DNA of 64,000 bases. It comes from a virus. Its lineage: Duplodnaviria; Caudoviricetes. Shown here one piece after another: positions 10,852-21,136 of the stretch. Positions within the stretch are counted from its first letter, which is position 1; each line of letters opens with the position of its first letter. The stretch is from positions 128,001-192,000 of the IMG/VR virus record IMGVR_UViG_3300014205_000172; one strand, written 5' to 3'. Position numbers and translations under genes: made by a program. Under the pieces are notes generated by a model. It was not told where the DNA came from, did not search any database, and worked only from the letters and a program-made list of their open reading frames with translations.

Positions 10852-12591
10852 ATGCCTCGCATCACAACACCACTTGCTGTCAATTATCAAAACATCCAAC
10901 TACCCGTCGCTACGCAAATCGCTCGTGATGTCATGAAGGTGTGCGGCATTAACGAAAACACGCCATTGTACATGATGGACGAATTCGATAGCATCAAGCA
11001 ACGCGGTAGCGGACCTAATGCTGAAACAGAGATTAGCTTCAACAGTTCGTCTCAGTTGATCGTTACGGCTAAGGATACCCTACAGAACGAATCTATCACT
11101 AACCAGACTGTCCGCACTAACGATCAACCACCTTATTTGGAAGATCGTCGGCTTGGGTTTAGTGTCCGTCCTGTCATGCTAGTATCGAACCTTCAGCTGA
11201 CCTTCAAGTACCGCGCTTCCTCTCGACGTGAAGCGCAAGCGTGGCGTGACGAACAGGCCGTTCGTAAGGCTGAATACCGCCAAGCGATGCACCACGAGAT
11301 CAATTACAACGTACCCATCCATGATGGTGTATTGGCTCTGGTAGCGGAGATCCATTCGCTAAGAGAAAAGATTGCAGGCTACGGTGAGTCATTCCCGGAG
11401 TATTTTAACTCGATCGCCAAAATGGAATTCTCGGCCGATGGCGCGCCAGACGGCGACATTGAAAAGCTCACAACGGTGGTGCCGTTTAAGCAGGATGAGA
11501 TCTCAGGTTGGTTTGAGTTTGATGAGATTCCTCAAGAGACGAAGAAAGACAAGTCGTCGGCCTGGGAGATCGAGTTCACGTACAACATCCGTTACAACCG
11601 ATGCACCCACCTGTATCTTGCGTATCCGCTCATGGTCCATCAGTCTCTTATCTCTAACCAGTATTTCTCAAAGGAAAGAAAGTTCGGATTAGAAGACATG
11701 GAAATGAATGGCAGCATTGGCCTAGCGGCCCTGCACCAAGTGTTAAAGCGTAATGAAATGCCACCGCTCGAAGCTACTACAGGTATGCGCTTCCCACATT
11801 GGGACGAATGGATGCCTGGATATCGAAGCGTGGTATCGCGCACTGTTCCTGCGGCAACCTGGATGATTACATTGGACCCTAAGGACACTCAGGATATCAT
11901 CAACCTTGAGCAGATCCCTAATGTTCGGTTTACGTTAGAGCAGCTGACGTACATGAAATCGACCTTTGCAACCTTGGGACGTAAAGGCGGCGCGAGCTTA
12001 CTTTTTACACTGTACTCAGATACCGTCCCCATGAGTGAGCGGTTACTCACCATCGACAAAGATCTGAATGTGCGGACTACTGTCCCATTGGACTTACGCA
12101 AGCAGTATCACCTGCGTTTGAACTTCCCAACCCTCTACTCCGATTTTACACCAGAGGCGCTGATCGGAATATCGGAACATCCTGAAGCCACGCTGCAAAT
12201 CTTCCAGTCTATGGTTTATGCATTGGACGTAGAGAAGGCTAGAGCAAAGTACGTGTCTGAAGGCTGGCTATCCCGCGATTACGTTAAATGGTTCTATGGG
12301 TATTTGTACGACCATGGTCGCGGTAGCGATGGCAATCCAGCAAACGATGGGACGGGTGGTTCAAATACCACACGGCCAGGTCCTGGTAATGACAACCTTC
12401 CTGGTGGTTCAATCCCTGGAACAGGTGGGATCGGTGGTAATGGGGGTAGTGGTGGTGATGGTTCGTTCCCAGGCGGTGGTGTGCCAGGCAGTGGCCCTGG
12501 TGGCGGTGGCGGGACGTATCACTGGGTTGGTGGTCGTTGGGTTCAGTGGTTGGCGGTGATGACTAAACGCGAAACTAAGGCAGAGGATTAA
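10852..12591 (+). CDS. Virion structural protein, phiKZ gp98-like, with Gly-rich C-terminal insertion
   Basis: 579-aa ORF; AGGAG SD; YPLMVHQ and KQYHLRL segments; synteny. Confidence 0.6.
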   Translation: MPRITTPLAVNYQNIQLPVATQIARDVMKVCGINENTPLYMMDEFDSIKQRGSGPNAETEISFNSSSQLIVTAKDTLQNESITNQTVRTNDQPPYLEDRRLGFSVRPVMLVSNLQLTFKYRASSRREAQAWRDEQAVRKAEYRQAMHHEINYNVPIHDGVLALVAEIHSLREKIAGYGESFPEYFNSIAKMEFSADGAPDGDIEKLTTVVPFKQDEISGWFEFDEIPQETKKDKSSAWEIEFTYNIRYNRCTHLYLAYPLMVHQSLISNQYFSKERKFGLEDMEMNGSIGLAALHQVLKRNEMPPLEATTGMRFPHWDEWMPGYRSVVSRTVPAATWMITLDPKDTQDIINLEQIPNVRFTLEQLTYMKSTFATLGRKGGASLLFTLYSDTVPMSERLLTIDKDLNVRTTVPLDLRKQYHLRLNFPTLYSDFTPEALIGISEHPEATLQIFQSMVYALDVEKARAKYVSEGWLSRDYVKWFYGYLYDHGRGSDGNPANDGTGGSNTTRPGPGNDNLPGGSIPGTGGIGGNGGSGGDGSFPGGGVPGSGPGGGGGTYHWVGGRWVQWLAVMTKRETKAED

Positions 12592-12593
12592 GC

Positions 12594-13946
12594 ATGCCGT
12601 ATATTGATGATGAAAACGAAGTCGCCAAAGAAGTGCCTTCGTTAACGATCGCCAAAGAAGATTTCAAAGGCCCGGTGGTTGATACACGCAAGCAGCAATA
12701 CAGCACACTCTCCACGTTCTATCAAGGTGAAAAGTGGGCCGTTGATCTGCTGCTGGAAACCACAGGTCGTGATTCCACTGTAGGTTCGTTCAGCGCAGAC
12801 ACTTTGGCCACTTACGGCAACTACAAGTTGGTGAAAGGGTTTGAACTGGTTGTTGATTCGACCATTACCAACACTCAAGTTGTAGGTGAGGCTAACGGAT
12901 TCGATTCAACGGGCGGCGGTATTGTCTATCCGTGTGTCGTACCCAACAACGGTACGCTGTTCATTGCTGACATGGGTAATGGGCGTAACGTATTGTTCGC
13001 CATGTACAATCCTGTAAAGCTCGGTATCTACGAAGAGTCTCCGCACAAGGTTGAGTGGAAGGCGATTAAGTTCCTTGATGCCGAGACCATGGCAGCCTTG
13101 GAGGAGCGTACAGTTGAAACGGTCTACTTTGACCGTGAGAACATGCGTAACAACTTAAAGCCTCTACTGACCCGTGCTGAAGTTAACAGCATCAAGCGGC
13201 TGAATAATTCATATCGCCGTTTGATCAACCTGTACTTCAAGAGCTTCTTCAATCCTCGGTTTTCCACCTTTACAGTGCCGATGAATGACGATTCGACGTA
13301 CGACCCTAACTTGGTTCGGTTCTTGCGTCGCTCAATCAGCACCGACATGCACAAAGACATGCATCGGGTGATTGAGCTCGATTGCAGCGCAGATGTAACA
13401 AGTGATCAACTGTCTCTCTACGACATGATCGCTAAACGCGACTACGAGCTCCTGTACAGCTGCTCACGGCATTTTAACCTGCGATCTGTTGACATGTACC
13501 GCACACTCCCTAAACTGCACTCTGTGTTCTACTCAGGGATTCGTAAAGTCATGTCGGCGTCTGACATTAGCTTTTCGGTTAGCCACCCGATCGGTATCGT
13601 CGGTGCAGTAATTCCATTACTTAAAGCTGGCGTTGAGAATCCGCATATGCGGGCTATTCTTCCGCAGTTGTTAAAAGGCGGTACTGAGCCAGCGCCTACC
13701 TATGGCAAGTATATCAAGCGGATTCTGTGCGATGACTATTACGTCTTCTCTAAAGAGTTCTACGAGGGGGATGGTGAAGTCTCCATGCTTGAGCGTATGG
13801 TTCAGCATCGAATGAAAGGTGAGGCCATTGACCTAACCGATTTGGCTGACCTTGCTGAATATTCAACCCGGTTCGATAACCTGGAGCGTTTCTATTACAC
13901 TCCGATTATCCTGACATTGATTAAATTGGCGCCTGGAGTGCTGTAA
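12594..13946 (+). CDS. Virion structural protein, phiKZ gp99-like
   Basis: 450-aa ORF; PNNGTLFIADMGNG and LERFYYTPI segments; synteny. Confidence 0.65.
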   Translation: MPYIDDENEVAKEVPSLTIAKEDFKGPVVDTRKQQYSTLSTFYQGEKWAVDLLLETTGRDSTVGSFSADTLATYGNYKLVKGFELVVDSTITNTQVVGEANGFDSTGGGIVYPCVVPNNGTLFIADMGNGRNVLFAMYNPVKLGIYEESPHKVEWKAIKFLDAETMAALEERTVETVYFDRENMRNNLKPLLTRAEVNSIKRLNNSYRRLINLYFKSFFNPRFSTFTVPMNDDSTYDPNLVRFLRRSISTDMHKDMHRVIELDCSADVTSDQLSLYDMIAKRDYELLYSCSRHFNLRSVDMYRTLPKLHSVFYSGIRKVMSASDISFSVSHPIGIVGAVIPLLKAGVENPHMRAILPQLLKGGTEPAPTYGKYIKRILCDDYYVFSKEFYEGDGEVSMLERMVQHRMKGEAIDLTDLADLAEYSTRFDNLERFYYTPIILTLIKLAPGVL

Positions 13947-13947
13947 C

Positions 13948-14571
13948 ATGAGAACAATGACGCTTGAAGGATTGGGGAATGGGTTCAGACGTCTGGAAAA
14001 CAGACACGTTCCAAAAACAACGGCGTATTACATCTTTGACAAAGCTGAAGTACATCTGTACTCTTTGGATGGCGCTCATTTTCGGGCGATGAATAATCGG
14101 ATGGGTGATTCGGTTATTGGTGCTTCTAACGCTCAGGACGTCGAAGCCGCGGCGGCGGAGATGATCTCCACAGGTGGTACCATCTGGAAGATCATCACGC
14201 AGTTTATCGAAGGGGCTGAAATCACGTTCCCCGATCCTCAGATTCCAGTAAGGATCTATAAACGCATCCTGGCGCATTTGGAAAACCACCTGGCTGAGAT
14301 GCGTACCAACCTGCGCTATGACGCTCCAGAGTTGGAAGACTTCAGACATATGGCGGAGTTCGCCACCCGAATCCGTAGTACTGCCATGGCATACGACCCT
14401 GACCTTGAGAAGAAAACTCCAGGTAACAATCTGGGCAATTGGTTTACTTCACGTCCCGTGTTCAGGCTCAGTGACGGTCATCCGACGGCTGAGAAGAAAA
14501 CGGTGATTCCTAAATCGGTGGCTACGTTGGATGCTATCGAACGGTTCATGGAGCTCACTAATGGCAACTGA
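13948..14571 (+). CDS. Conserved hypothetical protein, phiKZ gp100-like
   Basis: 207-aa ORF between the gp99-like and gp101-like genes. Confidence 0.55.
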   Translation: MRTMTLEGLGNGFRRLENRHVPKTTAYYIFDKAEVHLYSLDGAHFRAMNNRMGDSVIGASNAQDVEAAAAEMISTGGTIWKIITQFIEGAEITFPDPQIPVRIYKRILAHLENHLAEMRTNLRYDAPELEDFRHMAEFATRIRSTAMAYDPDLEKKTPGNNLGNWFTSRPVFRLSDGHPTAEKKTVIPKSVATLDAIERFMELTNGN

Positions 14572-15970
14572 ACTGCAATCATCCGCGTTGATGCAAGATG
14601 TCGGTCCGATACTTGCAGCTGATGGCAGCCCTTATTACGTCATCAGTGTGGTGGTTCATGCAGGTGGTAAGGAATACATCCCTCACCAAATCATCAGGAT
14701 AGATGTAGCCCGTGACTATCGGGGGGCTTACATGGACGACCACTCTATTGTCTTGACGTTTGGTGCGGGTACGATGATGAACAACATCGTACCTTTTGAT
14801 GATGATCTTCGGATCACTATCAGCAAAGCCCCAGCCAGAGAAGATGGCGTAATGATCAGTTCGATGCCTGTTTCGGTAAGGACCTATAAGGCGTACATGG
14901 GGGACAACACCGACAGCACTGCTGAGTCTGGTTCCAATGCCGCCATGCAGGACACCGATACGGCTGACCGGTTCTCCATCATCCACACTCAGTTCGTGTT
15001 GGAAGAAGTAGCGGTTCAGCAACTGCGCAGTCAGAGCGTCGGTTTTATCGGCCGGGCTAGACCACCTTGGACGGTGTTAGAAGGGTTTGTATCCAGTGCG
15101 ATCAAGACATTAAAACTTGGGTTAGAGGAAACCATTAATCAGTTTGATCTGGTTTCGGCTAACAACAACAACCCAAGGGATCATGTTGTCATCCCTGACA
15201 ATACCCCTGTTCTTGAACTGGCCGACTATATCCAGAACAAGGCAGGGGGTATTTACTCAACAGGGCTTGGCTTCTATATCCAAGGTCGCTGTATTTATGC
15301 CTGGCCGATGTACGACACTTCAAGAACTCAGACGGCAAAGAAATTGCTGACGGTGATCTTGGCACCTAGTCGTCATTCGATGATGATTGACAGAACTTGG
15401 CTGGTAAAAGGTCGTAAGCTGATGATCTTGTCAGCGGGTATTTCAAAAGTCATCGATGACACGGCAGGTAAACTCAATATCCAGGGTAACGGCGTTCGTT
15501 TTATGGATGCTAGTAAGATCATTGGCGACAATGGTACTGTAAAGGATAACAAGTTCACCATGTCCCGTAGTCAGAACGTGAATGAATTCATTACCACTGT
15601 GGTTGGTAATGGTCAGAACACGGCTAGGGGGTCAAGTCCAACCACTAACGTTTATCTGGAAGCGAGTAAGCTTGCGGCCAGATCGGTGGTCTACGTGCTA
15701 GTGCCTTGGATCAGGAGCAATCCGGATGCTATTGTTCCAGGCATGCCTACTGAGATTATATTCGAGTATGCAGGCGATATCCAAACAATGAATGGCGTAT
15801 TGCTAGAGGCGTATCACAGCTACGAGCTAGAAGGTCGAGGTATGATTGCGTCAAGGCATCGTGCTAAGTCTTCACTGCTACTCGCGGTTGATCGCCTTGA
15901 CCCTGCTTATTTACGGTACTTGAAAAATGGGGGTACGTTATCCCCAGCACCAGAGATGGGCGCAATCTGA
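14561..15970 (+). CDS. Baseplate hub/tail-tip-like virion protein, phiKZ gp101-like
   Basis: GGAG SD before ATG 14561; GGIYSTGLGFYIQ and PDAIVPGMP segments; synteny. Confidence 0.6.
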   Translation: MATELQSSALMQDVGPILAADGSPYYVISVVVHAGGKEYIPHQIIRIDVARDYRGAYMDDHSIVLTFGAGTMMNNIVPFDDDLRITISKAPAREDGVMISSMPVSVRTYKAYMGDNTDSTAESGSNAAMQDTDTADRFSIIHTQFVLEEVAVQQLRSQSVGFIGRARPPWTVLEGFVSSAIKTLKLGLEETINQFDLVSANNNNPRDHVVIPDNTPVLELADYIQNKAGGIYSTGLGFYIQGRCIYAWPMYDTSRTQTAKKLLTVILAPSRHSMMIDRTWLVKGRKLMILSAGISKVIDDTAGKLNIQGNGVRFMDASKIIGDNGTVKDNKFTMSRSQNVNEFITTVVGNGQNTARGSSPTTNVYLEASKLAARSVVYVLVPWIRSNPDAIVPGMPTEIIFEYAGDIQTMNGVLLEAYHSYELEGRGMIASRHRAKSSLLLAVDRLDPAYLRYLKNGGTLSPAPEMGAI

Positions 15971-15977
15971 TCACTGG

Positions 15978-16009
15978 TGGCATACCTGGCTCTTTAGCCA
16001 GGTATGCCA
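15978..16009. terminator. CATA-hairpin-TATG element ending the structural operon
   Basis: TGGCATACCTGGCT-CTTT-AGCCAGGTATGCCA, 14-bp stem. Confidence 0.75.
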
Positions 16010-16028
16010 TTATGCTATCGAAATTATT

Positions 16029-16044
16029 CTTAGCAACACATTAC
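16029..16044 (+). promoter_or_regulatory. Putative phage early promoter
   Basis: CTTAGCAA-CACATTAC; matches motif recurring at 8 intergenic sites. Confidence 0.45.
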
Positions 16045-16123
16045 GATACTGTAAAACCACTATAACCTGTTCGGTCCATCAGGGAACAGCCGATGATAAT
16101 GTTTCACCGCAAAAGGCAACACT

Positions 16124-16780
16124 ATGATGAACAAAGCGCTATCTCCAGCAAACCGTCCGGTTAAGCCCGGTGCGTTGATCAACCTGATTGTCTATGGCGC
16201 CGAAGGAGGATTACGCCGAAGGCAATTTTTAGTACTCAAGGAGTTCGACCACCAACAAATCTTGGGTAGTATTCGAAACGAAGGTATCGTTAAGTCCGAA
16301 GAGGTGCTTATAAAGCTCTCTGAGATACTTTTAAACCGCGGTATCGTTAAACCCGTTGATACGTACACCTTAGACCTTGGGGATCTTGGACGTCCTTCTA
16401 CGGCCTTACAGAGTTATTACAAGCATTCACTGAATGCTGATTCCTCCACACTGCTTGCAATGATCGAGCAGATCGACAAAAGCTATTACACGTTCATGTC
16501 CGAGGAGGGTGAATTACAACTGCTGAAATTGGAAACCGGTGAAACGCTTGCACATGTGCAGATAATTCTGGAATTTCCACATGAGCTAATCTCTTACACA
16601 ACGCTTGATCTTACAGGACCGCCTGACGCGGATTATCCAGATACATTGGCTGAAGAAATTCAGTTAGCCGTCATGGAAGATCTTGTACTTAAATGGCCTG
16701 AGGCGGAAGTCACAGTAACTGTCAGAATAAGAAAGTCAGAGTTAGCCAGCGCCAAAGAAGCATTGCTAATACGCCAATAA
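16124..16780 (+). CDS. Hypothetical protein
   Basis: 218-aa ORF with AAGG SD. Confidence 0.7.
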   Translation: MMNKALSPANRPVKPGALINLIVYGAEGGLRRRQFLVLKEFDHQQILGSIRNEGIVKSEEVLIKLSEILLNRGIVKPVDTYTLDLGDLGRPSTALQSYYKHSLNADSSTLLAMIEQIDKSYYTFMSEEGELQLLKLETGETLAHVQIILEFPHELISYTTLDLTGPPDADYPDTLAEEIQLAVMEDLVLKWPEAEVTVTVRIRKSELASAKEALLIRQ

Positions 16781-16822
16781 CACAACTGGGGATTCAAACT
16801 ACTCGAAAAGAGGCACGGCAAC

Positions 16823-17275
16823 ATGCAAACTCGTGAAAGACTCGATGTAACAACCACACTAGCGATTTGTGCATTACTGACACAGGACACCCGTTCTGTG
16901 CAAGCATGCGCTGAGACGCTTATGGACAGCAGTAGCTTGGCCGTACAGAAATCTCTACTGGCGCCATTAGCGCAGTCTGAGTCAGCACTTGACATCGTGC
17001 TGAATGAACACGCATTTACTCAAACAGAGTTTCGACTTGGATTTGTCTGGCGCGGCAAATACGAGTACGAGATCATTGGTAGTTGCGATGAGAAGCCTGA
17101 TTACGATGTACGTGACGTCGTATCAACTGTAGCCGAAACTTTCGTTGGGTGGGGAATCCATGAAGGTAAGGTGAAAATGCGAGTGCTGCATCCGAACGAT
17201 GGGTCGTTTGGGTACCACTACGCAGACCTTGGCAGATCAGCGAATCTGTCCTACGCATCTAAACATGCGGCATAA
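16823..17275 (+). CDS. Hypothetical protein
   Basis: 150-aa ORF with GAGG SD. Confidence 0.7.
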   Translation: MQTRERLDVTTTLAICALLTQDTRSVQACAETLMDSSSLAVQKSLLAPLAQSESALDIVLNEHAFTQTEFRLGFVWRGKYEYEIIGSCDEKPDYDVRDVVSTVAETFVGWGIHEGKVKMRVLHPNDGSFGYHYADLGRSANLSYASKHAA

Positions 17276-17281
17276 TTACGA

Positions 17282-17326
17282 CATACATCCGCTCCCATCG
17301 GGAGCGGATGTATGCTGTCTTTTTTT
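17282..17326. terminator. Bidirectional terminator / CATA-hairpin-TATG element between convergent genes
   Basis: CATACATCCGCTCCC-ATC-GGGAGCGGATGTATG followed by T-run. Confidence 0.85.
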
Positions 17327-17327
17327 G

Positions 17328-18569
17328 TTACTTCGAAGCGCTGTACTGGGACAACGATGCACTCACATGCTTCGCAGCGTCCACACAGCAACCGCCCAAC
17401 AGTGGCAGGATCTTGCGAGGACCTTCCATCATGCCATCCATCAGGGAGCCGGCCATCGACACCACTTTGGAGTTGATTGGTTTTTCACCATTCTTGATGG
17501 CAGATTCCATCATCGCTTTCACTTTACCGATCTCAGCCTTACCAGCCTGGAATCGTGCTACTTCGTGAGCGATGTACTTTGCAGTAGCGGCGATCTCACT
17601 GGCGACGTGTTCCATCTGCTCAAGCGTCAAGACGGGCACTTGTTCCAGGCTGTGCTTACCCGACTTCACGGTCAAGTTGAACTTGTTGATGTGTTCGGCG
17701 TCACGCTTGACCGTTACGACGTGACCGCACGGCCAGTCACCATTGAAGGTGTTCAGCTTAGGGTCGAGCAAGCGCTTGAGTTCTGCGTTCAGATCAGCAC
17801 TGTCCATGGCGCCCAGCGAAACGAAGTTACTGGCCGCCATTTCCTTCACGGCGCTGAGATAGCTGTCGTACCACTCTTCGGTGAAGGCGATCGATTTTGC
17901 AGTCATGGCGTGGATAGCCTTGACTGGGTCAGCGCGAACTGCCACACCACCCCCGTCAATACCTTCAGTCAAGTACACCGCCCAAGCACCAGGCTTCATG
18001 GTGGTTTCTTTGGCAGACAGTTTCTCAGCACGGGCTTTAGTAACACGCGCTTTGATGTTTTCGGCCAGCTTGGTCAGCTTGCCCGAAGACACACCCAGGA
18101 ACGCAATGAAGTTCTGGATGCCGTCCCACAGGCGGGTGATCATCTCAAGGAAGGTGGTCCACAGACGCTTGATCACGCTCTCAGACTTAGCCTTGGTTTC
18201 GGAACGGTTCTCTTCGTTGGTTTGAGTTACGCCCGCGGCTTCGAAAGAAGCACTGTAAACACCGGCCGGGACTGACACGCCACAGGTACGCAGGATGGCT
18301 TCCATACCGACCTGGTATTGATGGGCCAGACGCGGAGTCCAGCTTTCGGCACTGACCTGATCCAGGAAGCGGGTGGTGTAGTTCTCGACCGAAGAGGCGA
18401 CGTTACTCATCTCCTCAACATTACGGCTGATTTCACCAACTTGGTCAGCGGCTTGCTGAATGGCTGTAGTCGAGTCGGCAATATCGTCCATGACCACTTC
18501 GGTAGGGCTGTCTTCCAGGACCGCTTGCGCCGCCGCAATCTCCAGGGCGTTTTGATGAACGATGCTCAT
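17328..18569 (-). CDS. Internal head protein paralogue (phiKZ gp162/163-type)
   Basis: Acidic propeptide; ALE, SVE, SFE sites; IKRLWTTFLEMITRLWD helix. Confidence 0.75.
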   Translation of the reverse strand: MSIVHQNALEIAAAQAVLEDSPTEVVMDDIADSTTAIQQAADQVGEISRNVEEMSNVASSVENYTTRFLDQVSAESWTPRLAHQYQVGMEAILRTCGVSVPAGVYSASFEAAGVTQTNEENRSETKAKSESVIKRLWTTFLEMITRLWDGIQNFIAFLGVSSGKLTKLAENIKARVTKARAEKLSAKETTMKPGAWAVYLTEGIDGGGVAVRADPVKAIHAMTAKSIAFTEEWYDSYLSAVKEMAASNFVSLGAMDSADLNAELKRLLDPKLNTFNGDWPCGHVVTVKRDAEHINKFNLTVKSGKHSLEQVPVLTLEQMEHVASEIAATAKYIAHEVARFQAGKAEIGKVKAMMESAIKNGEKPINSKVVSMAGSLMDGMMEGPRKILPLLGGCCVDAAKHVSASLSQYSASK

Positions 18570-19747
18570 GATGGGGTTTTATCCTGTGCTGATGTAGCGT
18601 AGCGACGTGTGCAGATGGCGACATATTCAACACACGCCCGAATGGTTTTCAAGTAAAACGGACTCACATGCGTCAGACCGTTACTGCAGAGCTGAAAGGC
18701 CTTTACCAGATCCCGCGAACGCTTGCTGAAGGCACGTCCGGCTTCACTGTCAGTGTAGTGGTCGGCTTGGGCACTAGCTTCCTTAGCGGAGCTTTTAGAC
18801 AGCGCGTCAAGGCGGTTAATTTCCTGATCCAGTTTAGTGAACGAGGTCAACGCATCTTTAGCTGCGCTGATACCGTGTCCCATGTCGGTCAATGAAAGGA
18901 GAGGACCTTCAGACTTAGCGGCTTTCAGCGTCTTGACGACATTGACTTTGGCACCAGTGAGATTACCCGCACCAGTACCCGGCTTCACTTCAAGCGCCTG
19001 TCCTACTGCAAAATCGATTTTGATTGATTTAAGAGGAGGGAGGTTTTTAAGAATGTGGGTTTCTTTATCAAACAGACCGTACCATTCTTGAAGGAAGTCA
19101 GAGAACAATGAGTCGGACTCTGCAAGCTGTTTATCGGGTTTTGCAATGGCGCCATGGCGGTCTGTGAGGTAGTTGGCGGAAGCCCCTAACTTAACAGGGT
19201 CGGTATTAGTCGCCTCACCCTTTAAGGATTTAACCTTAGCCGATACTTTATCGACATACGTCCGCACAGCCGTAACGGAGCCTGTCAGCTGACCCCACCA
19301 CTGTTTGATCATGTCCATGACCTTACGCAGCGCATCGACTAACCACTTACCGATGCCAGCTGCTACGGTTCTACGCGTATCCTTGAGCTCAGCGCTATAC
19401 TGGTCCGCCGATTCAAATGAAGGTGTCCATTTACGAATGCCTACATTGATACCAGCAGCCCTAAGGTAAGACTCAACCGAGACAGCTAGTTGTTGCGCAG
19501 AAGCTTCCGTAACATCCGTGTTGGCGTGATTGTCAGCAAACTGCTGCATAATGTTGTCGAGACCATCCTGACCTTCGATAACGTCTACAATCCCATCGGC
19601 TTCTACGCACGAACTTAACGACAGTTCGCTTAAACAATTAAGCTGCGCATCGCAGTAATCAGCGGCATCAACGATGTCACTTTCCAGGCTCTGTTCACTG
19701 CAACGAACGACACCGCGAATTGCTAACCTTTGCAATACGCTATCCAT
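18566..19747 (-). CDS. Internal head protein paralogue
   Basis: SLES, SVES, SFES, YSAE sites; WLVDALRKVMDMIKQWW helix. Confidence 0.75.
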   Translation of the reverse strand: MDSVLQRLAIRGVVRCSEQSLESDIVDAADYCDAQLNCLSELSLSSCVEADGIVDVIEGQDGLDNIMQQFADNHANTDVTEASAQQLAVSVESYLRAAGINVGIRKWTPSFESADQYSAELKDTRRTVAAGIGKWLVDALRKVMDMIKQWWGQLTGSVTAVRTYVDKVSAKVKSLKGEATNTDPVKLGASANYLTDRHGAIAKPDKQLAESDSLFSDFLQEWYGLFDKETHILKNLPPLKSIKIDFAVGQALEVKPGTGAGNLTGAKVNVVKTLKAAKSEGPLLSLTDMGHGISAAKDALTSFTKLDQEINRLDALSKSSAKEASAQADHYTDSEAGRAFSKRSRDLVKAFQLCSNGLTHVSPFYLKTIRACVEYVAICTRRYATSAQDKTPS

Positions 19748-19749
19748 GA

Positions 19750-21087
19750 TTATTCCCCGGTTTTTTCAGCTGGTTTCTCAGCTGGCTTTTCTTCAGGTTT
19801 CTCAGCTGGTTTCTCAGCCGCCGCTGTTTTACCATAGCCGCTGGCAGACTTCGCCACATAAACCAGGTTGGCGCGGAGCACTTTCATGACAGGTCCGGAA
19901 GTATTGCTGAAACCGTCCAATGCCACACGGCTACCACCCGACAAGGCCTGGCTGGCTTTACGCAGAGTCGCTGCTTCACCCTCACCTTGAGTTTTCAGCT
20001 TCTCACTGACGGCGCCGGCGACGTTACCCATCCGGCCGAGGTTACGCATTTTACTCAGCGTATCGTTCCACTTGGAAACGTCTTTCTCCACAGTGGTCAG
20101 ATCGAGCAGAACCGCATCAACCGAATCAAGCGTCTGCTTCATCTGTTCGATGGAGAGATAGTTGAACGAGGTATCTTTGGCAGCGGCTTCATTGGAAACC
20201 ACTTTGGCTTTAGCGCCAGCCAGTGCGTTTTCAGCATCTGCCCCAGGAGTGATCTCCAGTGTGTGAAATGGGGTAACTGGCCATTTCAACGAGCTTGGAA
20301 GTTTGGCAGTGTTGCCGGTAATCAGCGGTTTGAGACGTTCAGACCCACCCGAGGCCAATGCGTCGACGTTAGCCTGGGAGATCAGACTGTTCCAATGATC
20401 CGCCCAATCCGCAACGAACTTCTTATAGTCCGTGTGGGTAGTATTCACGATCTGAGAAGCTTCGCCCGACTTAGTCAGGTTACCATCACCACCCAGTTTT
20501 ACGTTACCCGACGGAGTCGCGCCTTGAGTAGCTTCAACACGTTCACGCACACGTTTGCTGTACGCTTGGACCGCGTTGATGTTGTTACGCAGCTTCGCCA
20601 GCATGTTGGTGATAAACTCACCAAAACCGGCAAATGCTTTTTTGATCATTTCCCAGATGCGGGCGATGATGCCTTCTTTCTTTTCTTCGGCTTCAGTCGA
20701 ATACTGGGAGCGGGATTTACCTTCCATGGAAGGTAGTACTGTGCTAGCAGGAATTTTCATCCCCATCGAGCGCAATACGCACTCAACCGAAACCTCCAAC
20801 ACGCCGACAGCGTCTTCTGGAATACCTGCCTCTCCGTAGATAGCGACAGTGTTATCGATCAGGCCGGATAGCCCTTCAGCACCATTGGTGCTTTTAACGA
20901 TGTCATCAGAAGCGGTAGAAACATTACCGACTGCTTCATCATGCTCGGCGATCTGTGCGTCGAGGTCGTTGCCCAGCTCTACCATATCGCTTTCGAAACT
21001 GGCTTCTCGCTGAGCGGCAGCGCGTTGGATTTGGATGCCGTAGTTGTCGATAGTCCGACGACCCAGCATTGCAGAAACAGTAGTCAT
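19750..21087 (-). CDS. Internal head protein paralogue with C-terminal (P-A/E-E-K)n tail
   Basis: SFES and SMEG sites; YSTEAEEKK-IIARIWE; close paralogue of 21137-22432. Confidence 0.8.
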   Translation of the reverse strand: MTTVSAMLGRRTIDNYGIQIQRAAAQREASFESDMVELGNDLDAQIAEHDEAVGNVSTASDDIVKSTNGAEGLSGLIDNTVAIYGEAGIPEDAVGVLEVSVECVLRSMGMKIPASTVLPSMEGKSRSQYSTEAEEKKEGIIARIWEMIKKAFAGFGEFITNMLAKLRNNINAVQAYSKRVRERVEATQGATPSGNVKLGGDGNLTKSGEASQIVNTTHTDYKKFVADWADHWNSLISQANVDALASGGSERLKPLITGNTAKLPSSLKWPVTPFHTLEITPGADAENALAGAKAKVVSNEAAAKDTSFNYLSIEQMKQTLDSVDAVLLDLTTVEKDVSKWNDTLSKMRNLGRMGNVAGAVSEKLKTQGEGEAATLRKASQALSGGSRVALDGFSNTSGPVMKVLRANLVYVAKSASGYGKTAAAEKPAEKPEEKPAEKPAEKTGE

Positions 21088-21104
21088 GTGAATACCTCAA
21101 AGAG

Positions 21105-21128
21105 GCAGGAGGTCCGAAGACCCCCTGC
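21105..21128 (-). terminator. UUCG hairpin between tandem head-protein genes (attenuator or stabiliser)
   Basis: Minus strand GCAGGGGGTC-TTCG-GACCTCCTGC. Confidence 0.65.
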
Positions 21129-21136
21129 GGCTGTAA

